Shown: positions 30,079-39,869 of the stretch, piece after piece
How positions within the stretch are numbered: the stretch's first letter is position 1
Layout of the letters: every line of letters begins with the position of its first letter
Origin: Gemmatimonadota bacterium
Lineage (GTDB): Bacteria; Gemmatimonadota; Gemmatimonadetes; Gemmatimonadales; GWC2-71-9
DNA length: 64,000 bases
Direction of reading: 5' to 3'
Assembly: GCA_039584325.1 (NCBI GenBank)
Contig: JBDGYA010000032.1
Location: 671 to 64,670 of the forward strand
Notes under the pieces: generated by a model
Told to the model about the DNA's origin: nothing
The model's database searches: none
The model's input: only the letters and a program-made list of their open reading frames with translations
Made by a program: the position numbers and the translations under genes

Positions 30079-32916
30079 ATGCCAACTTTCTTCGAGCGGC
30101 TCCGAGACGACCTGCGTCCGGAGGGGTACGAGATCGAGCGGGAGATCGCGAGCGGGGGGATGGGCACCGTCTTTCTCGCTCGCGAAGTTGCGCTCGACCG
30201 TCAGGTCGCCATCAAGATCATCCGGCCCGAGATGGCCACCGCCAAGGCCGGCGAACGCTTCCTGGCCGAGGCGCGCATTCTCGCCGACATTCGGCACTCC
30301 CACATCGTCAAAGTGTTCCGCGCGGGACAGACGAAGAACGGCATACCGTATTACGCGATGGAGTACCTGGGCGACGGGGAGACGCTCGCGGAGCGCATGC
30401 GCCGAGAACCACTGAGCCGTGCGGAGATCGTCAAGATCGGACGCGATCTGCTCGACGCCCTGGAGACCGTGCATCGTCGAGGCGTCATCCATCGGGACAT
30501 CAAGCCGCAGAACATCTTCCTCGTCGAGGGCGACGCCACACTCGTCGATTTCGGCATCGCCACTCCGTCGGGTCCGCAGACGGTCTCGCGCGAGGGAGCG
30601 GAGGTGGTGCCCGGCACGCCTTCATACATGCCGCCCGAGCACCGCTACGGGTGGGACGTCGGGCCGCAGACCGATATCTACGCGGTGGGCATGGTGCTGT
30701 ACGAGGCGCTCACCGGACGCCGGTGGAAGTGGTTCCTGCCCGACGACGTCCCCAGCTGGTCGGGCATACCCTTGCTGCTCAGGCGTCCGTTGCGCCGCGC
30801 GCTCGCCTTTGAGGTCGACGATCGGTGGGAGGATGCGTCGGCGTTCCGCCGCCCCTGGTGGCGCTCGCGCGTGCGCAAGTACCAGATGCGCACGCTGTTG
30901 CTCACGGTTGGGGCCCTGGTGGCAGGCTTGATCGCCGTGCTGATCGTGCGAGGACCACCCCGGCCTCCTGTGGATATGGCCATCGTCCCGTTCGACGTCG
31001 CGCCAGGGACCCCCGATTCGCTCGGATGGGAAGTGGCCCTGCTCACCGAACGCACTGTGGGGGCGCAGCTCGACGCGACCGCGGCGGTGCCGACGACCGC
31101 GCTCGTTCGCTCGCGGGATGTAGCCGCCGGCACGCCGGCCGAGATGCTGGAGCACCTGCACGCGGGGTCGTTGATACGGGGTACGGTGACCGAGGGAGGT
31201 CAGGGGCTGCGCGCCTCCGTCGAAGTGATGAATGCGCGCGGTGAAACGAGCTTCGAGGAGACCGCCCCCGACCGCCGTGGCCTGGCCTGCAAGCTCGCGC
31301 CGATGATCCTGCGGAGTCTCGGACTGGCCTATGAGGACTACCAGTGCCTGTTCCAAAACACGGCGGCGGAGGCAGTCGACTCCGTGCTCCGGGGCGAGGC
31401 GGCCTTTCGACGCCAGGCCTGGCATCGGGCTGACACGCTCTACAGCGCCGCCCTGGAAGCAGACTCCTCCCTCGCGTGGGCGCTGTACAGACGGGCTCAC
31501 GCCCGTCGATGGCTCCGGGTGAAGTTCAAGGCCGATCTCGAAGCATTGCAGGAGCGCCGCAGTGCACTGCTCGAAGTCGACCGCATGCTGCTCGATGCCT
31601 GGCTGATGCCCTTCGGCACGGAGCGGCTCGCACAGTACGCGGAGATCGTCGACCGCTTCCCGCTGGACCCGTACCCGTGGCTCGTGTTCGGCGACGATCT
31701 GCGGGCGCGCGGAGCGTTGCTGGGCCTGCCACGCGACAGTGCCTTGCAGGTGCTGCGGCAGGCCGTCAGTCGCGACTCGACGATGGGGCCCGCTCTGCTC
31801 GACCTGACACTCGCCGGGATCGAGTCCGGCGATTCGGTCGTGGCGCGCGAGTGGCTTGGTCGGCTCGCTGGAGTCACCGTGCCCGAGGCGTCGATCCCGA
31901 TGCAGTACGTCCATACGGCGTTCGTGTTCCGGTTCGGTTCGGAGCGAGAGCGATTGGCCGCGATGTCCGAGCTCATGACCGGAGTTGGCGGCGATCCGAC
32001 CGCCCTTCCGACGTTCCTGCAAAACGTCCGGTGGGCCCTCTCACTCGACCTCGCTGAGGGACAGCTCATCATCGCGGACCTCGTGCGTCAGACGCCGCCG
32101 GACCTGCCTCCGGAGGTGCAGGCACATCTGCTGACGGCGCGGGGCGTGGCGCTCGTCGGTCTGGGCCGCTGGGCTGAGGCGGTCGAGACCTTCGACGCCG
32201 TCGACGCGGTGATCGGGACCCCAGCCTCCGCAGTGCTCACGGCGCAGTGGCGCACGGTCCCCCATGCGATCGGACTCGATGCAGTACCGGCTGCGTCCGT
32301 TGCCGAAGGGCGGCGCAGGCTCGAGGCGCTCGCCGACGACTCGCTGGTGGGGCCCCGCGCCGCGTGGAGCCTGGCGGTGAGCTACTACGCCGAGGGCGAC
32401 GTGGCGGCCGCGCAGCGGTGGGTGCAGCACACGCGGCTGAGCGATTCCGAGCACGCCAGACTGTTCCAGTTTCTCCAGGCGCTCCAGCGCGAGGCCATCG
32501 GCGACGTGGCCGGTGCTCTCGCCATGACCGACACGATGATCCCGAGCGATCTGGTTCTGGCCGATATTCCGGTCCACCTTCCCGTGTTCGATCCCTTCCT
32601 CCGCGCCGTCACCTACCTCGCCCGCGGCCGGTGGGAGCGTACCCTCTACGGGGACACGATACCGGTGGCGTGGCGCTGGCATGAGAACTCCGATTTCCGC
32701 GGTCAGTTCGAGGCCCTGCCGCAGGCGGCGGAGATCGACTGGGCGCTGCGACCCTACGCCCATCTCCTGACGGCGCGCGCCCGCCTCGCGCGGGGCCCGA
32801 GCGAGCCCGCCTGTCGGGACCTCGAGCGGATCGCCCACGTCTGGCAAGGTGCCGACGCGGTGTTCCAGCCGCTGCTGGAGGAGACTCGGACCCTGCTCTC
32901 GGAGCGCTGCCATTGA
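30079..32916 (+). CDS. Membrane Ser/Thr (Hanks-type) protein kinase with a large C-terminal TolB-N/TPR-like extracytoplasmic region
   Basis: GGMGTVF, VAIK, HRDIKPQN, DFG, GTPSYMPPE and DIYAVG motifs; TM helix LLLTVGALVAGLIAVLIV; helical repeats downstream. Confidence 0.9.
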   Translation: MPTFFERLRDDLRPEGYEIEREIASGGMGTVFLAREVALDRQVAIKIIRPEMATAKAGERFLAEARILADIRHSHIVKVFRAGQTKNGIPYYAMEYLGDGETLAERMRREPLSRAEIVKIGRDLLDALETVHRRGVIHRDIKPQNIFLVEGDATLVDFGIATPSGPQTVSREGAEVVPGTPSYMPPEHRYGWDVGPQTDIYAVGMVLYEALTGRRWKWFLPDDVPSWSGIPLLLRRPLRRALAFEVDDRWEDASAFRRPWWRSRVRKYQMRTLLLTVGALVAGLIAVLIVRGPPRPPVDMAIVPFDVAPGTPDSLGWEVALLTERTVGAQLDATAAVPTTALVRSRDVAAGTPAEMLEHLHAGSLIRGTVTEGGQGLRASVEVMNARGETSFEETAPDRRGLACKLAPMILRSLGLAYEDYQCLFQNTAAEAVDSVLRGEAAFRRQAWHRADTLYSAALEADSSLAWALYRRAHARRWLRVKFKADLEALQERRSALLEVDRMLLDAWLMPFGTERLAQYAEIVDRFPLDPYPWLVFGDDLRARGALLGLPRDSALQVLRQAVSRDSTMGPALLDLTLAGIESGDSVVAREWLGRLAGVTVPEASIPMQYVHTAFVFRFGSERERLAAMSELMTGVGGDPTALPTFLQNVRWALSLDLAEGQLIIADLVRQTPPDLPPEVQAHLLTARGVALVGLGRWAEAVETFDAVDAVIGTPASAVLTAQWRTVPHAIGLDAVPAASVAEGRRRLEALADDSLVGPRAAWSLAVSYYAEGDVAAAQRWVQHTRLSDSEHARLFQFLQALQREAIGDVAGALAMTDTMIPSDLVLADIPVHLPVFDPFLRAVTYLARGRWERTLYGDTIPVAWRWHENSDFRGQFEALPQAAEIDWALRPYAHLLTARARLARGPSEPACRDLERIAHVWQGADAVFQPLLEETRTLLSERCH

Positions 32917-34802
32917 TTACGTGCCGCGTGTTGGGCCCGCCGGACATCCTGGTCGACGGAGCACCGGGGCCCGCGGAGCTGCAGTGGCGCAAGAACCTCG
33001 CATTGCTGGTGTATCTCGCGCGATCCCCGCGGCGCACGCGCACCCGGGAGCACCTCATGGGTCTGTTGTGGGCGGACAAGCCGGACACCGCCGCCCGGCA
33101 CTCGCTGCGGGAGGCCATCCGCATCCTCCGCAAGGCACTGGGTGAGGAGGGGCTGCGCACCGAGCACGATAGCGTCACGCTCGGCGACGGGGTCGTGCGC
33201 CTCGACGCCGAGGAATTCGCGCAGCACGAGCAGAAGGGAGACTGGGAAGCCGCCGCGGCCGTAGTCGGCGGGGAGTTCCTGGAAGGCTTCGGGGTGCCGG
33301 GCGCGTCCGGCTTCGAGGACTGGCTCATCGCCGAACGCGAGGAGTGGCGCAGGCGCACGGTGAGCGTGCTGACGGAGCGGGCGGATCGGCAACTCGACGC
33401 CGGACGGCTCGGTCCGGCCGCGCAGACGGCGCTGCGCGCCTTGGGACTCGACGCCGGATCCGACGCACCGGCCCGCGTGGCCATGCGCGCCCTGGCCCTC
33501 GCGGGTGACCGCGCGGGCGCGCTGGCGTGCTACGAGCGACTGAGGCACCGACTGGCCGAGCTTGGTGGCACGCCGGAGGCCGAGACCGAAGCCCTGGCGA
33601 AGCGCGTGCAGCTCGAGCGGACGTGGCGGCTGTCCGACGAGGTGCCGATCGACGCCGCGCTGGGGGCGGAGCTGCGCCGCGCACCGCTGGTGGGTCGTGA
33701 GCGGCACTTGAAGGCACTCATGGACGTGTTCGAGACGAGCGCGCGCGAGCGGCAGGCGGCGGTGTGCGTGATCCACGCCGTACCGGGACTCGGCAAGTCG
33801 CGGCTCGCCGAGGAGTTGCTCATTCGCGCGCGACTCGCGGGGGCGGCCGTGTCCGCGGTTCGCGCAGTCGAGGGTGACCTGGACGTCCCGGGCAGTGGCA
33901 TGCTGGGCCTCGCCCGTGGCGGGTTGCTCAACGCCTCCGGGCTCGCGGCCGCCGCACCGTCCGCCCTTGCCTCCTTCGCGCACGAGCTGCCCGACTGGGC
34001 AGAGCGGTTCGGCACGCAGGCGGAGCCCGGACCGCTGCGCACGGCGTTCGTGGAGGTCGTGCGGGCGCTGTGTGAGGAGCAACCCGTCGTCCTGCTGGCC
34101 GACGATGCCCACTGGCTCGACACGGATAGCATGCGCGGGCTGGTGCAGACTGTGCGCGACTTGCAGACATCCCCTTGCCTCGTGGTGTTCGCGACGCAGG
34201 AGGAGCCGTCCCGTACCGAGCTCGATGACGTCCGCGCGCGGCTGGGGCGCGACCTCACCGGCACCGCCGTCCATCTCGCCCCGCTCGATCAGGAGGCCAT
34301 TCGGGAGCTGGTGGCGTGGGCCGTGCCGGACTACGCGGACGACGAGGCCGACCGGCTCGCGCGCCGCATCGCCATCGACTCGGCCGGTCTCCCTCTGCTT
34401 GCGGTAGAGTTGCTCCACGCCGTGGCACTCGGGCTCGACGTCGGGAAGATCACGGGCGCATGGCCTGAGCCGTACAAGACGCTGGATCAGACGCTGCCGA
34501 GCGACCTCCCGGACACCATCGTGGCGGCGATTCGCGTCGGGTTCCGGCGACTCAGCAGCGATGCCCAGGCACTGCTCGCGGCTGCGGCAGTGCTCGGTGG
34601 CCGACAGCCGGCGGCGATGCTCGGCCGCGCCACCGACCTGAGCGGCGACCGCCTTGATGCTGCGCTCGACGAATTGGAATGGCAGCGCTGGCTGGCCGCC
34701 GACGCCCGCGGCTACGCCTGCGTCGCACGCATTGCCCGGGAGGTCATCGACCGCGACATGATCACGGAGGGTCAACGGCAACGGATTCAGCACGCCGTGT
34801 AG
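32913..34802 (+). CDS. SARP-family regulator: wHTH + BTAD + STAND-type AAA ATPase, with no C-terminal sensor repeats
   Basis: RVLGP...LALLVYLA...LLW, GEFLEG..FEDWL, LVGRE, AVPGLGKS (Walker A) and LLADDAHWLD (Walker B). TTG start overlaps the kinase stop. Confidence 0.85.
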   Translation: MITCRVLGPPDILVDGAPGPAELQWRKNLALLVYLARSPRRTRTREHLMGLLWADKPDTAARHSLREAIRILRKALGEEGLRTEHDSVTLGDGVVRLDAEEFAQHEQKGDWEAAAAVVGGEFLEGFGVPGASGFEDWLIAEREEWRRRTVSVLTERADRQLDAGRLGPAAQTALRALGLDAGSDAPARVAMRALALAGDRAGALACYERLRHRLAELGGTPEAETEALAKRVQLERTWRLSDEVPIDAALGAELRRAPLVGRERHLKALMDVFETSARERQAAVCVIHAVPGLGKSRLAEELLIRARLAGAAVSAVRAVEGDLDVPGSGMLGLARGGLLNASGLAAAAPSALASFAHELPDWAERFGTQAEPGPLRTAFVEVVRALCEEQPVVLLADDAHWLDTDSMRGLVQTVRDLQTSPCLVVFATQEEPSRTELDDVRARLGRDLTGTAVHLAPLDQEAIRELVAWAVPDYADDEADRLARRIAIDSAGLPLLAVELLHAVALGLDVGKITGAWPEPYKTLDQTLPSDLPDTIVAAIRVGFRRLSSDAQALLAAAAVLGGRQPAAMLGRATDLSGDRLDAALDELEWQRWLAADARGYACVARIAREVIDRDMITEGQRQRIQHAV

Positions 34803-34837
34803 ACGTTCCGGCAGGAGCGTCAGTCGGGGGGCACGCT

Positions 34838-37450
34838 ATGTCCACGATCCATCGTTCCGGGCTCCACGTGAGCCGTTGGTGGTACGTCGTTCCCATGCTC
34901 CTGCTCGCGGCGGTCCCGGCCACCGCGCAGCAACCGACCCTGGCGGGAACGGTCGTCGATTCGCTCACCGGCCGGGCGCTCGACGGCGTGCGCATCGAGT
35001 TACGCCGAGACACTGCCGTGACCGCGAGTGGCGTGACCGATGCCGGCGGCGCCTTCTCGCTCGCGGCTCCGGCGGGAGCCTATCGCCTCGTCGTGGCCCG
35101 CCTCGACTACCGCCCGCGCATCGTCGATCCGTTCCAGTTGCCGGCGGATGGCACAACCCTCACAATCGCGCTGACGCCCCAGGCCATCGTGTTCAACCCG
35201 ATCGTCGTGACGGCCTCGCGGGCGGAGGAGAAGGCGCTCGACGCCCCGGCATCCGTGAGCGTCATCAACCACCAGGACGTGGAGGCACGTCCCGCGCTCA
35301 CGCCGGTCGACCACGCGTACGCAACGACCGGCATGCAGGTCGCCACCACCGGCCTCACCCAGCACGAGATGGTGGCGCGGGGATTCGGCAATGCCGCCTC
35401 GGGCGCCCTCCTCCTGCTGAGTGACAACCGCTACGCGCAGGTGCCGTCGCTCAGGATCAACGTCTACAACTTCATCCCCGTCACCGACGAGGACATCGAT
35501 CGCGTCGAGGTCGTGCGCGGTCCGGGGTCCGCCCTGTACGGGCCCAATTCGGCGGACGGCGTGTTCCATATCATCTCTCGGTCACCGTTCGACTATCCGG
35601 GTACCGCCCTGACAGTGAGCGGGGGGCAGCGGGAGCTGCTGCACGCGCAGTTGCGTCACGCGAGCGCGTTCGGCGAGCGATTCGCCCTCAAGCTGTCCGG
35701 TCAGTACATGCGCGGACGCGACTGGCCCTACGATGACCCGGCGGAGATCCTCCCGCGTGACAGCATCGTAGAGCGCGTGAGCGGCGACGTTCGATTGGAT
35801 TGGCGGCCCGGCACCGAGGCCTCGGTCACCGCCTCCGTCGGGGTCAACCAGGCACTCTCCAGCCTCGAGTTGACACCACTCGGCGCCGCACAGGCACGGG
35901 ATTGGCGCTCGTCCTACGCGCAGGTCAGGGTCCGGCTCGGCCGCTTCTTCGGTCAGGCGTTCGTCAACCTGAGCGACGCCGGGGGAACCCAACTGCTCCG
36001 CAGCGGCGACAGCATCGTGGACCGGTCGCAGCTGTGGGTAGCACAACTACAGCACGGCGTGCTCCTCGGATCGCGCGTGAACCTGACCTACGGGATCGAT
36101 CTTCAGCGGACGGCCCCGCGCACGGACGGCACGGTCAACGGCCGCAACGAGGACGACGACAACATCGACGAGGCCGGCGCCTACGTGCAGGCGGAAGCAG
36201 AGCTGTCGCGCGCCGTGCGCCTCGTGGTGGCATTCCGGGGAGACTATCACAGCCGGCTCGATGACCCGATCCTGTCACCCCGGGCCGCCCTCGTCCTGCA
36301 GCCGGCCAGCGACCAGTCCGTCCGCCTCACGTACAACAGAGCGTTCAGTACGCCGACCACCAACCAGCTGTTCCTGGACATCGTAGGCGGTACGCTGCCG
36401 ACCCCCGTTCCGACGATCATCAGGCTGGTGGGCGTGCCGAAGACGGGCTTCACGTTCCGGCGCGACTGCGACGGCGACCTCTGCATGCGCTCGCCGTACA
36501 CGCCGGCCGACCTGGGCGGTGGCGAGGCGTACCTCCCGCTCGACGTCACTCTGCTCTGGCCCGCGGTGGTGCAGCTTGCCGCGAGCCAGGGCGTCGACAT
36601 CTCGCCGATTCCCCCACCCACCGCGAGCGACGTCGGCACGGTGCTGCGGAAGCTCAATCTCGGCACAGGTGGCTTTGACCCGGTGACGGGAGCGAGTGAT
36701 CTGCCGCCGCTCAAGCCACCGATCCACAACTCGATCGAGCTGGGCTACCGCGGCGTGCTGTGGGACCGGCTGTCCGTTGGGTTCGACGTCTATCGCGGGT
36801 GGAGAACCGATTTCGTGGGAGCCGAACGGGTGGAGACGCCGAGTGCCTTCTTCGACGAGGCCGATCTCCGCTCCTATTTCATCGCCGTCGGTGTGCAAGC
36901 CGACACGGCCGCACAGCTTGCCGGTCTCATCGCCGCGGTCCCGGCCGCGACCGTGACGCCGCAGGAAGCACGCGATCCGTGGGACATCCTGGTCACCTAC
37001 CGGAACTTCGGGAACGTCGGGTACTGGGGCAGCGACATCGAAGTCGGGGCAGTCGTGACGCCGTGGCTCGCACTGCGGGGCACCTACTCCTGGGTGAGCA
37101 AGAACCAGTTCGAGGCAGTGGACGCGGCCGGCCGGCCCGATACGGTACCTCTCAATGCCTCGGCGAACCGGGCGGCCTTCAGCGTCGTCGCGCGGCACGA
37201 CGGCGTCGGTCTCAACGCCGAGGTGCGCGGGCGGTGGGTCGACGGCTTTCCGGTCAGCTCGGGCGTGTACGTGGGGACCGTCGACGCGTACGCGGTGCTC
37301 GATGCGCTCGCTGGCTACCGCCTGCCCTTCGCTCGCCAGGTGACGGTGACGGTAAGCGCTCTCAACCTGCTCGACAACGACCACATCGAGTTCGTGGGGG
37401 CACCGCCGATCGGGCTGCTGGTGATGGGGAGTGTCAGAGCGGAGTTTTAG
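34838..37450 (+). CDS. TonB-dependent receptor with an N-terminal carboxypeptidase-regulatory-like domain
   Basis: Signal peptide; IVVTASR, DAPASVSV, IDRVEVVRGPGSALYG and NLLDN motifs; terminal F. Confidence 0.9.
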   Translation: MSTIHRSGLHVSRWWYVVPMLLLAAVPATAQQPTLAGTVVDSLTGRALDGVRIELRRDTAVTASGVTDAGGAFSLAAPAGAYRLVVARLDYRPRIVDPFQLPADGTTLTIALTPQAIVFNPIVVTASRAEEKALDAPASVSVINHQDVEARPALTPVDHAYATTGMQVATTGLTQHEMVARGFGNAASGALLLLSDNRYAQVPSLRINVYNFIPVTDEDIDRVEVVRGPGSALYGPNSADGVFHIISRSPFDYPGTALTVSGGQRELLHAQLRHASAFGERFALKLSGQYMRGRDWPYDDPAEILPRDSIVERVSGDVRLDWRPGTEASVTASVGVNQALSSLELTPLGAAQARDWRSSYAQVRVRLGRFFGQAFVNLSDAGGTQLLRSGDSIVDRSQLWVAQLQHGVLLGSRVNLTYGIDLQRTAPRTDGTVNGRNEDDDNIDEAGAYVQAEAELSRAVRLVVAFRGDYHSRLDDPILSPRAALVLQPASDQSVRLTYNRAFSTPTTNQLFLDIVGGTLPTPVPTIIRLVGVPKTGFTFRRDCDGDLCMRSPYTPADLGGGEAYLPLDVTLLWPAVVQLAASQGVDISPIPPPTASDVGTVLRKLNLGTGGFDPVTGASDLPPLKPPIHNSIELGYRGVLWDRLSVGFDVYRGWRTDFVGAERVETPSAFFDEADLRSYFIAVGVQADTAAQLAGLIAAVPAATVTPQEARDPWDILVTYRNFGNVGYWGSDIEVGAVVTPWLALRGTYSWVSKNQFEAVDAAGRPDTVPLNASANRAAFSVVARHDGVGLNAEVRGRWVDGFPVSSGVYVGTVDAYAVLDALAGYRLPFARQVTVTVSALNLLDNDHIEFVGAPPIGLLVMGSVRAEF

Positions 37451-37501
37451 GACGCGCGGTGCGCAGTGCGCGGGTCGCAGCGCACGCGTGGCAGCTGAGA
37501 A

Positions 37502-37849
37502 TCAGACCTCCTCGTAGGCCGCGAAGTCGATGGTGTCGGGATCGCGGTCGAGGAATCGCGCGAGGACGTTGTCTTCCCACTCCCGCCAGGCGTCGGAGTA
37601 GGCCTCCGTGGGCGTCGCATCACCGGGCGCACCCCACAGTGCCTCCCACGCCTCACGGCTCTCGTAGATCCAGATCGCGGCGTACGCATGCCCGCGCGTG
37701 CCGCGCAGGGTGCGCAGGAATTGCACGTCGCGCAGCCCCGGCAGGTCGAACAGCCCGCGTAGCCGCGCCGCCCTCAGGGCGCGCTCGAACTCTTCCGGAT
37801 CCACATCGGGGCGCAGCACGTACTCGTGGACCGACACGACCGGCGGCAT
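37502..37849 (-). CDS. Hypothetical protein, possible dimeric alpha-beta barrel (ABM/NIPSNAP-like)
   Basis: 115-aa ORF 4 nt after glnS; HEYVLRP...PGL...AAIWIYESREAW pattern. Confidence 0.6.
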   Translation of the reverse strand: MPPVVSVHEYVLRPDVDPEEFERALRAARLRGLFDLPGLRDVQFLRTLRGTRGHAYAAIWIYESREAWEALWGAPGDATPTEAYSDAWREWEDNVLARFLDRDPDTIDFAAYEEV

Positions 37850-37853
37850 CAGC

Positions 37854-39575
37854 TTAGCCCTTCCTCTGCACCTTGGCCCAAGTATCCCGCAGCGTCACGG
37901 TCCGGTTGAACACCAGGTGACCCGGCTTCGCGTCCACGACGTCGCTCACGAAGTACCCCTGGCGCTCGAACTGGTAGCGTGAGCCCGGCGGGTCATCGGC
38001 CACGCTCGGCTCGATGCGGCTGTCGGTAAGCGTTACCAGAGAACCGGGGTTTAGGTTCGCCGTGAAGTCCTGCCCCTCCTCGACATCATCCGGATCGGGG
38101 GCGGTGAACAGGCGGTCGTACAGCCTCACCTCACAGGTCAGCGCGTGCTCTGCCGAGACCCAGTGAATAGTGCCTTTCACCTTGCGGCCGTCCGGCGCAT
38201 CCCCACCGCGCGTCGCCGGATCGTACGTGCAGAGCAACTCCACGACCTCACCGGCATCGTTCTTCACCACCTCGGTACAGGTGATGAAGTAGCCGTAGCG
38301 CAGCCGTACCTCGCGTCCCGGGGCCAGCCGGAAGAATCTCTTCGGCGGGTCCTCCATGAAATCGTCCCGCTCGATGTAGAGCGTGCGCGAGAACGGGACC
38401 TTGCGCGAACCTTGCTTCGGGATGTCGTGCGGCCAATGCGGCGCGTCCAGCTCCTCGACCTGCCCGTCTGGATAGTTCGTGAGCGTCACTTTGAGTGGCC
38501 GCAGCACGCACAGCACCCGGGGCGCCCGGCTGTTGAGATCGTCGCGCACGCAGTACTCGAGCTTCTCGATATCCACCCGGCTGTCGGTCTTCGCCACGCC
38601 CACGAGGTCGCAGAACTTACGGATCGCCTCGGGGGTCACCCCGCGCCGCCTGAGCCCGGCGATCGTGGGCACGCGTGGATCGTCCCAGCCGCTCACGTGT
38701 CCCTGGTCTACCAGCTGGATCAGCTTCCGCTTGGAGAGAATCGTATAGTCGAGGTTCAACCGCGCGAACTCGGTCTGCTCGGTGCGCGGTCTCGGAATCT
38801 CCGCGGCGTCGAGCACCCACTCGTACAGCTCGTTGTTGTCCTTGAACTCGAGCGTGCACAGGGAATGGGTGATGTCCTCAACGGCATCCGAGAGGCAGTG
38901 CGTGAAGTCGTAGAGCGGGTAGACACACCACGCATCCCCGCGCCGGTAGTGCGACGCGTGGCGGATGCGGTAGAGAATTGGGTCGCGCATAAGCATGTTG
39001 GGATGCGCCATGTCGATCTTGCCCCGTAGCACGTGCGCACCGTTCGGGAACTCGCCCTGCTTCATCCGCTCGAATAGATCGAGATTCTCCTCCACACCGC
39101 GTTCGCGGTACCGGCTCGGCGTGCCCGGCTCCGTCACCGTGCCGCGTCCGGCGCGGATCTCCTCTTCTGTCGATGAGTCGACATAGGCCTTCCCCGCCCG
39201 GATGAGTCGAACCGCGTAGTCGTGCAGCCGTTCGAAATAGTCCGAGGCGAAGTACAAGTGCTCACCCCAGTCGAAGCCGAGCCAGCGCACGTCCTCCCGG
39301 AAGGCCTCGACGTACTTCATGTCCTCGGTCTCGGGATTGGTGTCGTCGAAGCGGAGGTGGCAGACCCCGCCGTGTTCCTTGGCCAGGCCGAAGTTCAGGC
39401 AGCACGACTTGGCGTGACCGATGTGCATGTAGCCGTTGGGCTCCGGCGGGAAGCGGGTTTCGACCCGACCGCCGTACTTGCCGCTGTCCTGGTCGCGGTC
39501 GACCATGGCGCGGATGAAGTCACGGCCCCGGGGCCGGGCGCCGTCTGGAGTCGCCTGCAGGTTGGACGTACCCAC
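37854..39575 (-). CDS. glnS: Glutamine--tRNA ligase
   Basis: [43 protein letters not shown] and QFERQGYF motifs; GTG start at 39575 after GGAG. Confidence 0.96.
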   Translation of the reverse strand: MGTSNLQATPDGARPRGRDFIRAMVDRDQDSGKYGGRVETRFPPEPNGYMHIGHAKSCCLNFGLAKEHGGVCHLRFDDTNPETEDMKYVEAFREDVRWLGFDWGEHLYFASDYFERLHDYAVRLIRAGKAYVDSSTEEEIRAGRGTVTEPGTPSRYRERGVEENLDLFERMKQGEFPNGAHVLRGKIDMAHPNMLMRDPILYRIRHASHYRRGDAWCVYPLYDFTHCLSDAVEDITHSLCTLEFKDNNELYEWVLDAAEIPRPRTEQTEFARLNLDYTILSKRKLIQLVDQGHVSGWDDPRVPTIAGLRRRGVTPEAIRKFCDLVGVAKTDSRVDIEKLEYCVRDDLNSRAPRVLCVLRPLKVTLTNYPDGQVEELDAPHWPHDIPKQGSRKVPFSRTLYIERDDFMEDPPKRFFRLAPGREVRLRYGYFITCTEVVKNDAGEVVELLCTYDPATRGGDAPDGRKVKGTIHWVSAEHALTCEVRLYDRLFTAPDPDDVEEGQDFTANLNPGSLVTLTDSRIEPSVADDPPGSRYQFERQGYFVSDVVDAKPGHLVFNRTVTLRDTWAKVQRKG

Positions 39576-39707
39576 TACCGTGCTCCGTGCATGATCTGGG
39601 GTGGCGTGCCGCGCCCACCTCTGTTGGCTGGGGCGCATGGTGCGACTGAATAGTAGCAGGCGGGGCCGGGGCGTGAGGCGGCCTCCTGCTGCGTCGCGGA
39701 GGCGGCA

Positions 39708-39830
39708 TTCCAGTCGCTCCGGATCGAGGACGGCAAGGTCGCCGAGCTCCGGGTGGCGTGGGACAACCTGGCCATGTTTGCTCGGCACGGTCTCGTTGCC
39801 CCGCCTGCGCTTCGAACGACAGCGGGGGCC
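39708..39830 (+). pseudogene. C-terminal remnant of a SnoaL-like ester cyclase gene
   Basis: The frame reads [27 protein letters not shown], similar to the ester cyclase C-terminus. In-frame TAG at 39654 and no N-terminal part. Confidence 0.5.
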
Positions 39831-39869
39831 GACCAGGCCCCCGCCGTGCTCCTCGTGACGCTCTCTCGA

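Noticed and set aside
32913-34802. Anti-phage STAND/Avs defence system
   Set aside because: The N-terminus is a SARP DNA-binding/BTAD module rather than a nuclease or other toxic effector, and no defence or mobile genes are nearby.
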